Of a DNA stretch of 64,000 nt, positions 1-9,186 are shown piece by piece (position 1 is the stretch's first letter; every line of letters starts with the position of its first letter). A program made the translations under genes and the position numbers. The notes beneath the pieces are model-generated. The model was not told the DNA's origin. It ran no database searches and was given only the letters and a program-made list of their open reading frames with translations. Origin of the DNA: Gemmatimonadales bacterium (GTDB lineage: Bacteria > Gemmatimonadota > Gemmatimonadetes > Gemmatimonadales > GWC2-71-9); the NCBI GenBank assembly GCA_965249575.1, contig OZ252244.1, positions 1,568,001 to 1,632,000 of the forward strand, given 5' to 3'.

Positions 1-26
1 CAGCCTGCACCACCGTGTGCGACACC

Positions 27-55
27 CATAAATGATTGTAACACAACATCTTATG
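27..55. promoter_or_regulatory. 29-bp AT-rich dyad motif (IHF-like inverted pair), copy 1
   Basis: cataaa-tgattg-taaca-caacat-cttatg; same 6-6-5-6-6 architecture as copies at 9154, 11716, 12711 and 12836. Confidence 0.5.
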
Positions 56-99
56 GCGCCTCAAACGCGGCTGGGACTCCCCTCCGGGGGCGCGCATTA

Positions 100-615
100 T
101 TACCACCCCGCTTGGGATCGCGCAAGCCGGACCACGTCGCCAGCCACTTCAGCGGCGGTGCGCCCAGCCGTTCCGACGGTACCGTGGCACCGCCGATAGA
201 ACGGCTCTCGAATGCGCAGCAACGCCTTCATCCGCTCTAACGGCTCGTCCAGCAGCAGCGGCCGATTGGCCTCAGCCGCGGTCCTCTCCACCGCGGTAAC
301 CGGATCTGTTTCCAGGAAGATGGCGAACGTCGAGCGAAGCGCACGCTCGAGGTTGTCGCGGTGGGCCGCCCACCCGCCGCCAGGCGCGACCACGCCAGGG
401 TCACGCTCGACGGCGCGCTCAACCTCGCCGCTTTCCCATTCCCGAAACGCGGCCTCTCCCCGGCGGTCGAATATCTCCACTATTGGCATCCCCGCCCGGC
501 GCTCAACCTCCGCATCGATATCGACGAACGGACACCCGAGCGCGTGCGCCGCCAGGCGCCCGACGGTGGTCTTGCCGGAGCCGGGCAGACCGATGAGGAG
601 AACGTGCCGTTTCAC
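100..615 (-). CDS. aroK: Shikimate kinase
   Basis: GLPGSGKTT P-loop, DID, GEAAFR, PGGG and RPLL motifs; overlaps the aroC stop. Confidence 0.95.
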   Translation of the reverse strand: MKRHVLLIGLPGSGKTTVGRLAAHALGCPFVDIDAEVERRAGMPIVEIFDRRGEAAFREWESGEVERAVERDPGVVAPGGGWAAHRDNLERALRSTFAIFLETDPVTAVERTAAEANRPLLLDEPLERMKALLRIREPFYRRCHGTVGTAGRTAAEVAGDVVRLARSQAGW

Positions 616-1811
616 TCCGGGTTCGTGACCGAATCCCAGCGTCGCCGAACTCGCTCCATGTAGGCCTCAAAGCTCCCCCGCATGTCGGCGGCGGAGTCCC
701 CTCCGAATTTCTCGGTCATGGCCTGTGCCAGGATGATCGCGACCATTCCTTCGGCGATCACCCCCATTGCCGGCACCGCCGTCACGTCGGACCGCTCTGC
801 CTGCGCCTTCGCCGGCTGCCCGGTCGTGAGGTCGATCGTGGCCAGCGGGCGCATCAACGTGGAGATCGGCTTCATCGCTACACGCACAACCAAGGGCTCT
901 CCCGTGGTCATCCCTCCCTCGAGGCCCCCCGCCCGGTTCGTGCTTCTCGCCACCGGACTCCCGTCAGCCGATTCGGCGCGCGTGATCTCGTCATGGATCG
1001 CTGACCCCGGCCTCCGGGCCGCTTCAAATCCCAACCCAATCTCCACGCCCTTTACCGCCGGGATGGAGTGCAGCGCGCCCGCCAACCTCCCGTCGAGTTT
1101 TCGATCCCACGATACGTGGGAACCAAGTCCAACAGGCACCCCACGCGCCACGACCTCGACGATTCCCCCCAGGGTGTCGCCGGCCTTCTTTGCCCGATCG
1201 ATACTCGCGACCATGGCCTTCGTCGCTTCGGGGTCGAGGCAGCGTACGGGAGAATCATCGGACTGCTGATTAAGGGGAGCGGGAAGCGGATCGGGGCGCG
1301 TGGCCCGGTGTTCACCGAGCTCCACGACGTGACTCCCTATCTCCATGTCGAATTCCTCGAGCAGCCTGCGGCATACCGCAGCGCACGCCACGCGGGCGGC
1401 CGTCTCCCGGGCGCTTGCCCGTTCGAGAATGTCTCTGGCATCGGTGCGGTCGTATTTCAGCACGCCAACCAGGTCGGCGTGCCCCGGCCTGGGCCGGAGC
1501 AGCTTGCGGCGCCGACCCCCCTCCTGCTGGTCCGGCTCTGCAGCCATGATGTCGGCCCAGTTGTCCCAGTCGCGGTTTCGAATCAGTAGAGCGATGGGAG
1601 AGCCCAGCGTTTCGCCGGCGCGCACCCCGCTCAGAAAATCGACTCGATCCGCCTCGATCTTCATGCGGGCACCCCGCCCATACCCGGCCATGCGTCGCCG
1701 GAGCTGGCGATCGACGTCCTCGGCAACAAGGGGGAAACCAGCCGGGATGCCTTCGAGGATCGCCACGAGGGCGCGACCGTGGGACTCGCCTGCTGTCGTG
1801 AACCGAATCAA
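612..1811 (-). CDS. aroC: Chorismate synthase
   Basis: TAGESHG, PRPGHAD, RASARETA, AMKPISTL and ERSD signature motifs. Confidence 0.97.
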   Translation of the reverse strand: MIRFTTAGESHGRALVAILEGIPAGFPLVAEDVDRQLRRRMAGYGRGARMKIEADRVDFLSGVRAGETLGSPIALLIRNRDWDNWADIMAAEPDQQEGGRRRKLLRPRPGHADLVGVLKYDRTDARDILERASARETAARVACAAVCRRLLEEFDMEIGSHVVELGEHRATRPDPLPAPLNQQSDDSPVRCLDPEATKAMVASIDRAKKAGDTLGGIVEVVARGVPVGLGSHVSWDRKLDGRLAGALHSIPAVKGVEIGLGFEAARRPGSAIHDEITRAESADGSPVARSTNRAGGLEGGMTTGEPLVVRVAMKPISTLMRPLATIDLTTGQPAKAQAERSDVTAVPAMGVIAEGMVAIILAQAMTEKFGGDSAADMRGSFEAYMERVRRRWDSVTNPE

Positions 1812-1878
1812 CTGGTGTTCTCTCCGTCGCCCCTCAAGGGCCTAATCGGACCACGGAAACCTAACGGCGGACCTCCAC

Positions 1879-1912
1879 AAAAATAGCTGAGCCCGGCCTG
1901 GGAGCCGGGCTC
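1879..1912 (-). terminator. Intrinsic terminator after the 819-aa lipoprotein gene
   Basis: Perfect 9-bp stem gagcccggc/gccgggctc (1889-1912), followed on the minus strand by agctattttt. Confidence 0.7.
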
Positions 1913-1939
1913 GAGCATCCTAGCGGCTACTACGCTCCG

Positions 1940-4399
1940 CTACGGTGAGAATAACCCCCACTGCGGAGACGGCAAGACGTTGGCGATTGCCGGCAGGCGA
2001 ACCGTAACCACGCCTCGGAACGTCACACCTATCAGCACCTGTTCACCCGATGCCAGTTTGGCGACGCGAAGCGGACCGATGACCGGGTCGCGGATGAGCA
2101 CCTGGGCGACGCGTTGATAGAACCAAGTGTCAAAGACGTCGATGTTGGCGTCCTGGCGGGCGAGGAACACGAGGCGATCGTTCGGGCTGAGGCCGCCACC
2201 CGACGTGCCCGGCGTGCCACCGACCCCCGCGTCGAACGCGTGGTCGAAATTGATGTCCATTCCTGGGTTGGCACCGGGCACCCCGATCGTCCCCATGAGG
2301 CGCAGGCCCTCGTCCAACGCGTACACCGAGTCGGTCGTCCGAATGAGATTCGTGAGGCCGTTGAAGTTGATGGCGATGGCGTTCACCTCGATTGCGGTGT
2401 TGCTGATGAAGTCCCGCACACGAATCGAGGGGGAGATGCCGTTGTCCCGAATCACCGGACCCGAGAACGTGACGCCCGCTACGGTCGCGCTGCAGGTCGA
2501 CGTCGTCACCGGCGCGTTGCCCTGATAGCCGATCGCCCGGGCGAAGACCGCCGCGGGATCTCCGACGCCGCCCTCGCCCACCAATGCGTGGGTGAAATCG
2601 CCGGAGTTCCGGACGAAGGTCGTGTCGAGGAACGCCAACTCGGGAGTCGTCACCGTTATACCGCAGGCCGCCGAAAGGATGGTCTCTTGGGCTATTCCCG
2701 GGCCCCGATCGACGATGATCTGCAGGGTATCGGAATCGGGCGAAGGCGCGACCTCGGCATGCTCCCAGAAGAAGTGAGAGGACTGCAGCGCCTGGTTTAT
2801 GTTTTCCCAGCGCACGGTCCCGTGCAGCGCAAAATCGCCGCTCTGGCCCAGCGTGGGCGTGGTCGAGTACACGCTGTAGACCTCAGCCGCCGTTGGGCAC
2901 GTCGTGCCAGCGTTCGGGCGGCAGATGGCTCCGAGATACTCCGGACGATCGGAGAAGTCGTATTCGGTGATCTTGATCTTCACCAGCTGGGTCGCCGGAT
3001 CGACTTCCGTCTGCACCGTTTGGACCAGGAAATTCGGCAGACGATGGCGGCGTATCTCCCGCCTGGCGAGCACGTCCACGACGGAGATGTTGGTTCCGCC
3101 CGAGTTCGCCACCAGGACCGAGTCGGCGTTGTTGCCGTTGATGTCTCGCGGCCATAGCGCAATGCCCCAAGGCCGCGATCCGATCGGGATCCCGGTGGCG
3201 AACGAGGTGTCGGTCACCTGGAAGATCTCCAACCGGTCGAGCTCCACGTTCGTCATGTAGATTTCGTTCAAGTTGCTGTTGTAAATCGCATCGGCAACCC
3301 GACCGCCGGCTGGCAGCGCCTTCGTGATGCCGTTCACTATCGTGATCGTATCGCGTTTGATCGGCGCCGAGGCTGCGGTATCTGCCCGTGCCTCGCCCCG
3401 GTTGCCTGCGGCGTCGACCCCGAAGGCGCTAATGATCACTTCCTGCGGGAACGAAGCGAACATGAAGTTCAGGTTGTACGTCTGACTGAAATCGGTGAGC
3501 GCGCCACTGCTCGTAGTCGAATCGCCGCCCACTACGCCGCCGGTCGCGCGGTCCGTCGCGAGCCACCCAATGAGCGTGATGCCGCTGGGATCGGTCGCGC
3601 GCACGTTGATGGAATCCCGAACCTCGCCCCGGTTGGCCACCTGGACCGTGACCACGGGTGGCGTCGCGTCCGTCGCGACCGACTGGATGGTCACCGTAAC
3701 GGAGGTACTCGTCGCGCGCCTACCGGCCGAGTCCTCAGCGAACCCGCTGATGATGAATGTGCCGGCGGCCGCCGCCGCCGGTACGAGGAGCGTGTCCTCG
3801 AAGCTCACCGTATCGGGGAGCGGGAGGCCAAGCAAGATCGAGTCCGCGTCCGTCACGTTACCGGTCACGGTGTAGCCGACCTTCTTGATTCCCGTGTTCT
3901 GGCTGGCGTCTACCTGCACCAGCATCTGCTTGCCGGGCGAAGTCACCGCGGCGACACCGGGCCGGATGAGCCTCACGGAGAGTGCCTGGCTGTTAACGAG
4001 AAACACCGAATCGACCGCGACGGACGAGTTGTTGTTTCCGTCAATGGCGGTGGCCGTGATGACGATCACGCCACCCGCGGTCGTGCTGACTGGTAGTGGG
4101 ATATCGATCGGCAGCGTGATGGTGGTCACCGCCGAGCTGAACACCGAGTCGATCCGTAGGGTAAAACCGCCGCTGAGCGCAATCGACAGGGTCCTGAGAC
4201 CCAGATTGTCCGACGCGGCAATGGTGAACTTGATACCATCGGCCACACCGAGCGTGTCACCCGAGGACTTGTCGACCAAGACCGCAGGTGATAGCTGATC
4301 GCCTTCGAAACCTGTCTGTACCGCCTGCTCGTTGCACGCCCCGAGAAGCGCACTGCCGGCAAGGGCGAGCAGGGGTACCAGTAGCGTTCGCCGCTGCAT
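1940..4399 (-). CDS. Large lipoprotein with Ig-like repeats and a C-terminal beta-propeller-like region
   Basis: Lipobox LLGA|C; about three Ig-like repeats (ASDNLGL/ATDPSGI...D-G-N); YVTN-like GSRPWGIAL...VANSGGTNISVVD; GGGGAG RBS. Confidence 0.8.
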   Translation of the reverse strand: MQRRTLLVPLLALAGSALLGACNEQAVQTGFEGDQLSPAVLVDKSSGDTLGVADGIKFTIAASDNLGLRTLSIALSGGFTLRIDSVFSSAVTTITLPIDIPLPVSTTAGGVIVITATAIDGNNNSSVAVDSVFLVNSQALSVRLIRPGVAAVTSPGKQMLVQVDASQNTGIKKVGYTVTGNVTDADSILLGLPLPDTVSFEDTLLVPAAAAAGTFIISGFAEDSAGRRATSTSVTVTIQSVATDATPPVVTVQVANRGEVRDSINVRATDPSGITLIGWLATDRATGGVVGGDSTTSSGALTDFSQTYNLNFMFASFPQEVIISAFGVDAAGNRGEARADTAASAPIKRDTITIVNGITKALPAGGRVADAIYNSNLNEIYMTNVELDRLEIFQVTDTSFATGIPIGSRPWGIALWPRDINGNNADSVLVANSGGTNISVVDVLARREIRRHRLPNFLVQTVQTEVDPATQLVKIKITEYDFSDRPEYLGAICRPNAGTTCPTAAEVYSVYSTTPTLGQSGDFALHGTVRWENINQALQSSHFFWEHAEVAPSPDSDTLQIIVDRGPGIAQETILSAACGITVTTPELAFLDTTFVRNSGDFTHALVGEGGVGDPAAVFARAIGYQGNAPVTTSTCSATVAGVTFSGPVIRDNGISPSIRVRDFISNTAIEVNAIAINFNGLTNLIRTTDSVYALDEGLRLMGTIGVPGANPGMDINFDHAFDAGVGGTPGTSGGGLSPNDRLVFLARQDANIDVFDTWFYQRVAQVLIRDPVIGPLRVAKLASGEQVLIGVTFRGVVTVRLPAIANVLPSPQWGLFSP

Positions 4400-6227
4400 G
4401 ATGCTCCCCCTCAGTTGTCTCCCGTTGGCTGCCTCTACTCGCCGGGGCCCTGGACCCAGGGTTCTTGATGATGTGAGGCGTCACCAAGATGAGTAGATCT
4501 CGCCGTTGCTCCCGCCGGGACGAAAAGCCGAAGATCCGTCCGATGATCGGCAGGTCTACAAGGAACGGTATTCCGCTCTTTGCCACAGTGACTTGCGTCA
4601 CCGTGAGCCCACCAATGACGGCCGTCTCGCCATCGTTCACCAGTAGCGTATTATCGGCTTCTTGCGTCTGGAACGTGAAGCCGACGTCCGCGGGAGCCGC
4701 CCTGATCGAGGAGTTTTCGGCGTGGATCGTCATCAACACCTGACCGCTATTGGTCACGTGCGGTGTGACGTCCAACCGGATGCCGGTGGGGACAATCGTC
4801 GTCACGGCGCGCGGTGCACCATCGCCGGCCCCCGACTGGGAGCTCACGTCGATCTGACGGATCGGCGTTCGCTCGCCCACGAGGATCGATGCCCGGCTGT
4901 TGTCCGCGGTGGAGATGAGCGGCTCCGCCTGAAGATCGGCGAGCTCCACCCGCTGTAGGGCGTTGACGAACGTCGTGAGGTTGAAGTTCCCGATTGCGGT
5001 CGAGAAGATGAGCTCGAGCGCCGGGGACAAGAGTTGTGCCTCCGCGTTCCCGACAGCGGACAGCGCGTTGCCACCGAGATTGATGATGTTCTGATCGGAA
5101 TCGAAGAACTCCTCAGCCTGGAGCGCGTCGGGCACGCCGTCACCATCGGTGTCGACGGGGACCGCAGTGCTGGGATCTGGTCGCTGCACGAGCTTGTTGA
5201 AGAACTGGTCCGACGTCCCCAAATCGTACCGCACGCCAAGCTCTTCAATGTCCGTTCGGTCGACGAAGATCAGCTTGGCCTGGATGGACACCTGCGGCGT
5301 CGGACGGTCCAGCTCCTTCATGAACTCGACCGCGTCATTGATACGGCTCTCGACGTCGGTGATGATGAGGCTGTTGGTAGCCGTGTCAGACGTGACCCTG
5401 CCCCGGGCCGAGAGGATACCCGCGACCGACGCGGCCATCGATCCGGCGCGGGCGAAGTTGACGTCTACCAGCGTCGTGCGGAGTGGCTCAAGCGAGTCGC
5501 GCGCCGCGAGCGCCGCCTGGCTCTGGACGCGGATAATGCCGACGGGCCGCTCCTCAGCCGTCAGGCCTTGGGATTCGAGGATGGCCTGAAACGCGACGTC
5601 CCACGGTTGATTCTTGATCTCCGCGAAGACGATTCCGTCGATGTTGCGTCCCAAGACGATCGTCTTCCCGCTGAACGCAGCGAAGCCCGCCATGACCTCG
5701 GAGACCGACGCGGAGTCCCAAGTGACGGTGACCAGCGGCTGCTGAGATTGCTGGGCCGTGGTCTCAGGCGTGAGGGCCATTGGCTCCAGCTGCGGGAGCG
5801 GGATCTCGTCTGGGGCGACCGAAGACCACGCCGCGAACCGCCGGTCGGTACCGAATGCGACGCGGATCGCCTCCGCCTCGTACTCGAGGTGATAGTCCTT
5901 GAGGGACTCCAGCTCGAGCACGATGCGCACGACGTCGGGCCGGAACTGCGAAAACCGGACGTTGACGATGCCGCCGCGATTGGCTCCGTCGTAGGTTAGG
6001 GCGGGCACACGCAGCTGCGCACCGGTCACGTCGATAACCAGGCGGGCGGGGTCGGCCAGGGTGAAGTCCTGGACCCCCACACTCCCTCGCACGTCGATCA
6101 CCACATGAGCTGCGCCGGGACCGGGAATCACGCTAACAGACATGACCTCCCCCGGAGCGGGCGCGGCGACGGTCCGTGGCGCCAAGAGGGCGACCCCGAC
6201 CGCGGCGAGAAGTACGGACTGCTTCAT
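4257..6227 (-). CDS. pilQ: Type IV pilus secretin with AMIN domain (C-terminus probably extended by a frameshift)
   Basis: AMIN (PARLVIDV), N3 (D-ATNSLIITD), PQVSIQAK, GETAVIGG, GIPFLVDLPIIGRIF, LLILVTPHII; the ORF tail overlaps the next gene by 143 nt. Confidence 0.92.
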   Translation of the reverse strand: MKQSVLLAAVGVALLAPRTVAAPAPGEVMSVSVIPGPGAAHVVIDVRGSVGVQDFTLADPARLVIDVTGAQLRVPALTYDGANRGGIVNVRFSQFRPDVVRIVLELESLKDYHLEYEAEAIRVAFGTDRRFAAWSSVAPDEIPLPQLEPMALTPETTAQQSQQPLVTVTWDSASVSEVMAGFAAFSGKTIVLGRNIDGIVFAEIKNQPWDVAFQAILESQGLTAEERPVGIIRVQSQAALAARDSLEPLRTTLVDVNFARAGSMAASVAGILSARGRVTSDTATNSLIITDVESRINDAVEFMKELDRPTPQVSIQAKLIFVDRTDIEELGVRYDLGTSDQFFNKLVQRPDPSTAVPVDTDGDGVPDALQAEEFFDSDQNIINLGGNALSAVGNAEAQLLSPALELIFSTAIGNFNLTTFVNALQRVELADLQAEPLISTADNSRASILVGERTPIRQIDVSSQSGAGDGAPRAVTTIVPTGIRLDVTPHVTNSGQVLMTIHAENSSIRAAPADVGFTFQTQEADNTLLVNDGETAVIGGLTVTQVTVAKSGIPFLVDLPIIGRIFGFSSRREQRRDLLILVTPHIIKNPGSRAPASRGSQRETTEGEHHAAANATGTPARPCRQCASRGVQRAGGTDRFRRRSAITCGLGRQVLG

Positions 6228-6709
6228 GGTGTTCCCTCCTGCCTTCGCCTGATCGGCAGAGTCACCTGCCGCTCGACGCCAAAATCATCGAATGTGAGAA
6301 CGAGCTCGGTGCGGCGTATTTCCGAAACACGCAAACGGCCCAACTCGTCGCCGACGCGCACGGAGTACCGCTTTTGTACGGTCGTATCGCGCAGGATCGC
6401 GACGCTGCGCGCCGGAAACCGCGAATCGTATGTGATCCCGCTGACGCGGAGGTCCTGGAGCAGCGGGCGGGCATCACCAGACTTCAACAGCGACATGAAA
6501 GGGTCCCGGCCCGACCCACGATAGGAAAACACTTCGCGCACCAGCTGAGTCGAGTCGGGTCCCTGCACGTCGGTGGTGTCTGGCGCTTGGGCGGCATCCG
6601 GTATGGCGCCGGGCGGTGGCAGTGGCGTATCCGGGACTTCCTCGCCTCCACAGGCGGCCATGAGCATCACGCCGAGCAAGAAGCTGACACCCGATCTCCG
6701 CAAGATCAC
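6224..6709 (-). CDS. pilP: PilP-like pilus assembly lipoprotein
   Basis: Lipobox MAA|C, RDPF motif, VRVGD; located between pilO and pilQ. Confidence 0.8.
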   Translation of the reverse strand: MILRRSGVSFLLGVMLMAACGGEEVPDTPLPPPGAIPDAAQAPDTTDVQGPDSTQLVREVFSYRGSGRDPFMSLLKSGDARPLLQDLRVSGITYDSRFPARSVAILRDTTVQKRYSVRVGDELGRLRVSEIRRTELVLTFDDFGVERQVTLPIRRRQEGTP

Positions 6710-7308
6710 TCCGCTTCTCCCAGACTGTCGGACGGGAGTTTCACGAAGGTCCTCAGCTGGAAGGTCGCCTCAACCAGCGCTCCCGTGGTATCGCCGTATG
6801 CCCGGGCGGCGGTCTGACTCGCGGGCGTGAGGGAGATGTCTTGTGGAACCATGATCCGGGGAAGCGAGGCGACGTCGGACAGGAACTCGCCCAGTGCGTC
6901 AAAGTGACCGATGACCTGGAATCGATACCGGTGCGTCTGGAACGGTGATCCGTCCTCCACTGCCAACGGCGTCAGCTGCCCGATCTCCACGCCCCGGAGC
7001 TTCGCCTTCGACGCCACGTCGTCGATGAGGTTCGCAACCTCGCCTCCCTCGGGGACCAGTCGTCTCATGAGCTGCGCACTCGCCTCGTACTCGACAACGC
7101 GCCTCCGGAGCGATTCGATGCTCCCGCGCGCCAGATCCTGGCGGGCCGAGTCGACGCCCGCCTGCAGGGAGTCGATTTGAACTCGCACGACCGCCGCTTC
7201 GGCCGATTTTCCCTGATACCAGAAATACCAGAATGCCCCGGCACCGAGGACGGCAATCCCAATGAGGAATCCCAGTAGTTGCTTGCGGTCCTTCTCAACC
7301 ATTGCCAT
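6706..7308 (-). CDS. pilO: Type IV pilus assembly protein PilO
   Basis: N-terminal TM, coiled coil, G-F..LGEFL..VASLPRI; synteny. Confidence 0.9.
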   Translation of the reverse strand: MAMVEKDRKQLLGFLIGIAVLGAGAFWYFWYQGKSAEAAVVRVQIDSLQAGVDSARQDLARGSIESLRRRVVEYEASAQLMRRLVPEGGEVANLIDDVASKAKLRGVEIGQLTPLAVEDGSPFQTHRYRFQVIGHFDALGEFLSDVASLPRIMVPQDISLTPASQTAARAYGDTTGALVEATFQLRTFVKLPSDSLGEAE

Positions 7309-7317
7309 AGGAGCCCC

Positions 7318-7989
7318 CTACCGCACCGTCTCGAGCAGCGGTGCCGTCCGGATGTACGCGGAGTCGGCCTGGCGAAACTGCCCCGTCAGGCTGAAAGCGG
7401 TCACCGGGCGATCGTCTTCCACGACCGTCTGCGTCGCGCCCGCTACGATGTTCGAGACCCAGGGCGAATTCGCCAGCTGCCGGAGAAACCGAGTGTACGC
7501 CTGGATATCGGCGGTTCTGCCATCGAGCTGGAACCTGACCGGCTGCGGACCCAGCGTGTCCGCATCGACGGTCTGAGCAGCGAGCACTTCCACGCCGACC
7601 AACCATGTGTAGTCCGGAAGCGCCTTGGTGACCTCCTCGAGAACGTGCGGCCAAACATACCGGTCCGCATCGATACCCCGGATCACCTCCAATTCGGCGA
7701 CCAAGAGGTCTCGAAGGTCTTCGGCCTTCCGCTTCTGCTCGATCAAGGCCGCGAAGCGCCTTGCCTCCGCCTGAACCCTCGTCAAATCCTCTTCGAGCGC
7801 CCCCAGTTTTCGCGACTGCGCGAAGAACAAGAGACCCACGGCGAGCCCGGAAACCGTCCACGCGCCGATCGCTCCGAGAAGAAGGGGGTCTCTTACCTTG
7901 GAGATCAGCTCGCCGACGTCCGGGAGCTTGAACCCCATGCCGGCTCGCTTCTTTTTCTTCTGCCCAGGAAGAAGATTAATTTCTATCAT
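7318..7989 (-). CDS. pilN: Type IV pilus assembly protein PilN
   Basis: N-terminal INLLP motif, TM, coiled coil, LPDYTWL. Confidence 0.93.
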   Translation of the reverse strand: MIEINLLPGQKKKKRAGMGFKLPDVGELISKVRDPLLLGAIGAWTVSGLAVGLLFFAQSRKLGALEEDLTRVQAEARRFAALIEQKRKAEDLRDLLVAELEVIRGIDADRYVWPHVLEEVTKALPDYTWLVGVEVLAAQTVDADTLGPQPVRFQLDGRTADIQAYTRFLRQLANSPWVSNIVAGATQTVVEDDRPVTAFSLTGQFRQADSAYIRTAPLLETVR

Positions 7990-8005
7990 CGTGACGGTCT
8001 CGCTC

Positions 8006-9055
8006 TCAACTGGCCTTACGCAACGCGAGGCCCACAGAAAGCATGAGAAGTGGGGCGATCTCGTCGACGTTCAGCGCGTCGAACACGCCGTCCTTCACGG
8101 CCAGACGCTGAATCGGGTTGGCTGTCTCGACGGGAAGCCGAAGGCGTTCTCCCAGCACCTCCGACAGGCCTGGAATCCGAGCCCCGCCACCAGAGCAGTA
8201 GACTCGCTGAATGCCGCCGGCGTCCCGTGATGCGGATTGCAGGAACGCCGCCGCCCGCTCGACGCCGACCGCAATCTCCTCGCCCCGGCTCTGCACGTAG
8301 GGATCCAGCTCCGGCGTGCGATCGAAACCCCGGATCATTTGGTCGGCATCCGACGCCGAAAGCCCCCGTTCGCGCTGCAGGTCTTCCCTGAACTTGCGGG
8401 TGCCGATGCTCAGATCCCGGGTGAGTAGGGGTACCCCATCCTGGAGGAGATTGACGTTCGTCACCTCGTGCCCGATGTTGATGAGGGCGACGATCCCCTC
8501 CATCGCTTCCGGATAGTTGAGCTCGAATGCGTTGTAGAGGGCAAAGGCGTCTACGTCGACGACGACCGAGTCGAGACCGGCCTCAGCAAGGAGCGCCGAC
8601 TTGGTCTCCACCAATTCCCGCTTCGCCGCCACCAGCAGCACGTCCATCTGCAGACCCTCGCCCTCCGGGTCCAGCACCTGGAAGTCCAACTCGACCCCCT
8701 CGATGTCGAAGGGGACGTATTGCTGCGCCTCCCACCGCACGACCTCGTAGGCCTCGCTCTCCTTCATGCGATCGACCTGGATCTTCTTGACGATCACGTC
8801 CCGCCCGCCAACCGCCACCACAACACCCTTCTGCTTCACTCCCGCGCTCGAAAAGAGACCTCGAATCGCTTCCGCGACTACACCGGGATCCATGATCTCG
8901 CCCTCGACGATCGCGTCGGCGAGAACCTCGGTATGGGCCACCCGGGCCAGCACAGGCTCGCCTGTAGCATGCTCGACAACCGCGAGCTTGATGAGCCCGC
9001 TGCCGATGTCGAGACCCACCGTTTTTTTCTGTCCTCCGAGCCCAAACAGAGCCAT
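8006..9055 (-). CDS. pilM: Type IV pilus assembly protein PilM
   Basis: VGLDIGS, QYVPFD, LLVAAK, INIG and SGGGA actin-like motifs; start trimmed to ATG 9055. Confidence 0.95.
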   Translation of the reverse strand: MALFGLGGQKKTVGLDIGSGLIKLAVVEHATGEPVLARVAHTEVLADAIVEGEIMDPGVVAEAIRGLFSSAGVKQKGVVVAVGGRDVIVKKIQVDRMKESEAYEVVRWEAQQYVPFDIEGVELDFQVLDPEGEGLQMDVLLVAAKRELVETKSALLAEAGLDSVVVDVDAFALYNAFELNYPEAMEGIVALINIGHEVTNVNLLQDGVPLLTRDLSIGTRKFREDLQRERGLSASDADQMIRGFDRTPELDPYVQSRGEEIAVGVERAAAFLQSASRDAGGIQRVYCSGGGARIPGLSEVLGERLRLPVETANPIQRLAVKDGVFDALNVDEIAPLLMLSVGLALRKAS

Positions 9056-9098
9056 ATCTTCCCACGGGTTAAGGAGATAGCCCGGCGAGCGGGACACT

Positions 9099-9127
9099 AC
9101 AGTACCGAACACCTCTCTTTTTGTCAA
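9099..9127 (-). promoter_or_regulatory. sigma70-type promoter of pilMNOPQ
   Basis: TTGACA-17 bp-TACTGT on the minus strand. Confidence 0.7.
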
Positions 9128-9153
9128 ACTCCAACCTACTTTAAGCCACGACC

Positions 9154-9182
9154 AACAAGTCCATCTTGGGCAGTGACTTACA
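9154..9182. promoter_or_regulatory. 29-bp dyad motif, copy 2
   Basis: aacaag-tccatc-ttggg-cagtga-cttaca, just upstream of the pilM -35 element. Confidence 0.4.
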
Positions 9183-9186
9183 TCAC

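Noticed and set aside
27..55. 29-bp dyads as dif/Xer sites or CRISPR repeats
   Set aside because: Copies are degenerate, dispersed and promoter-associated; no XerC/D arms, regular spacers or cas genes
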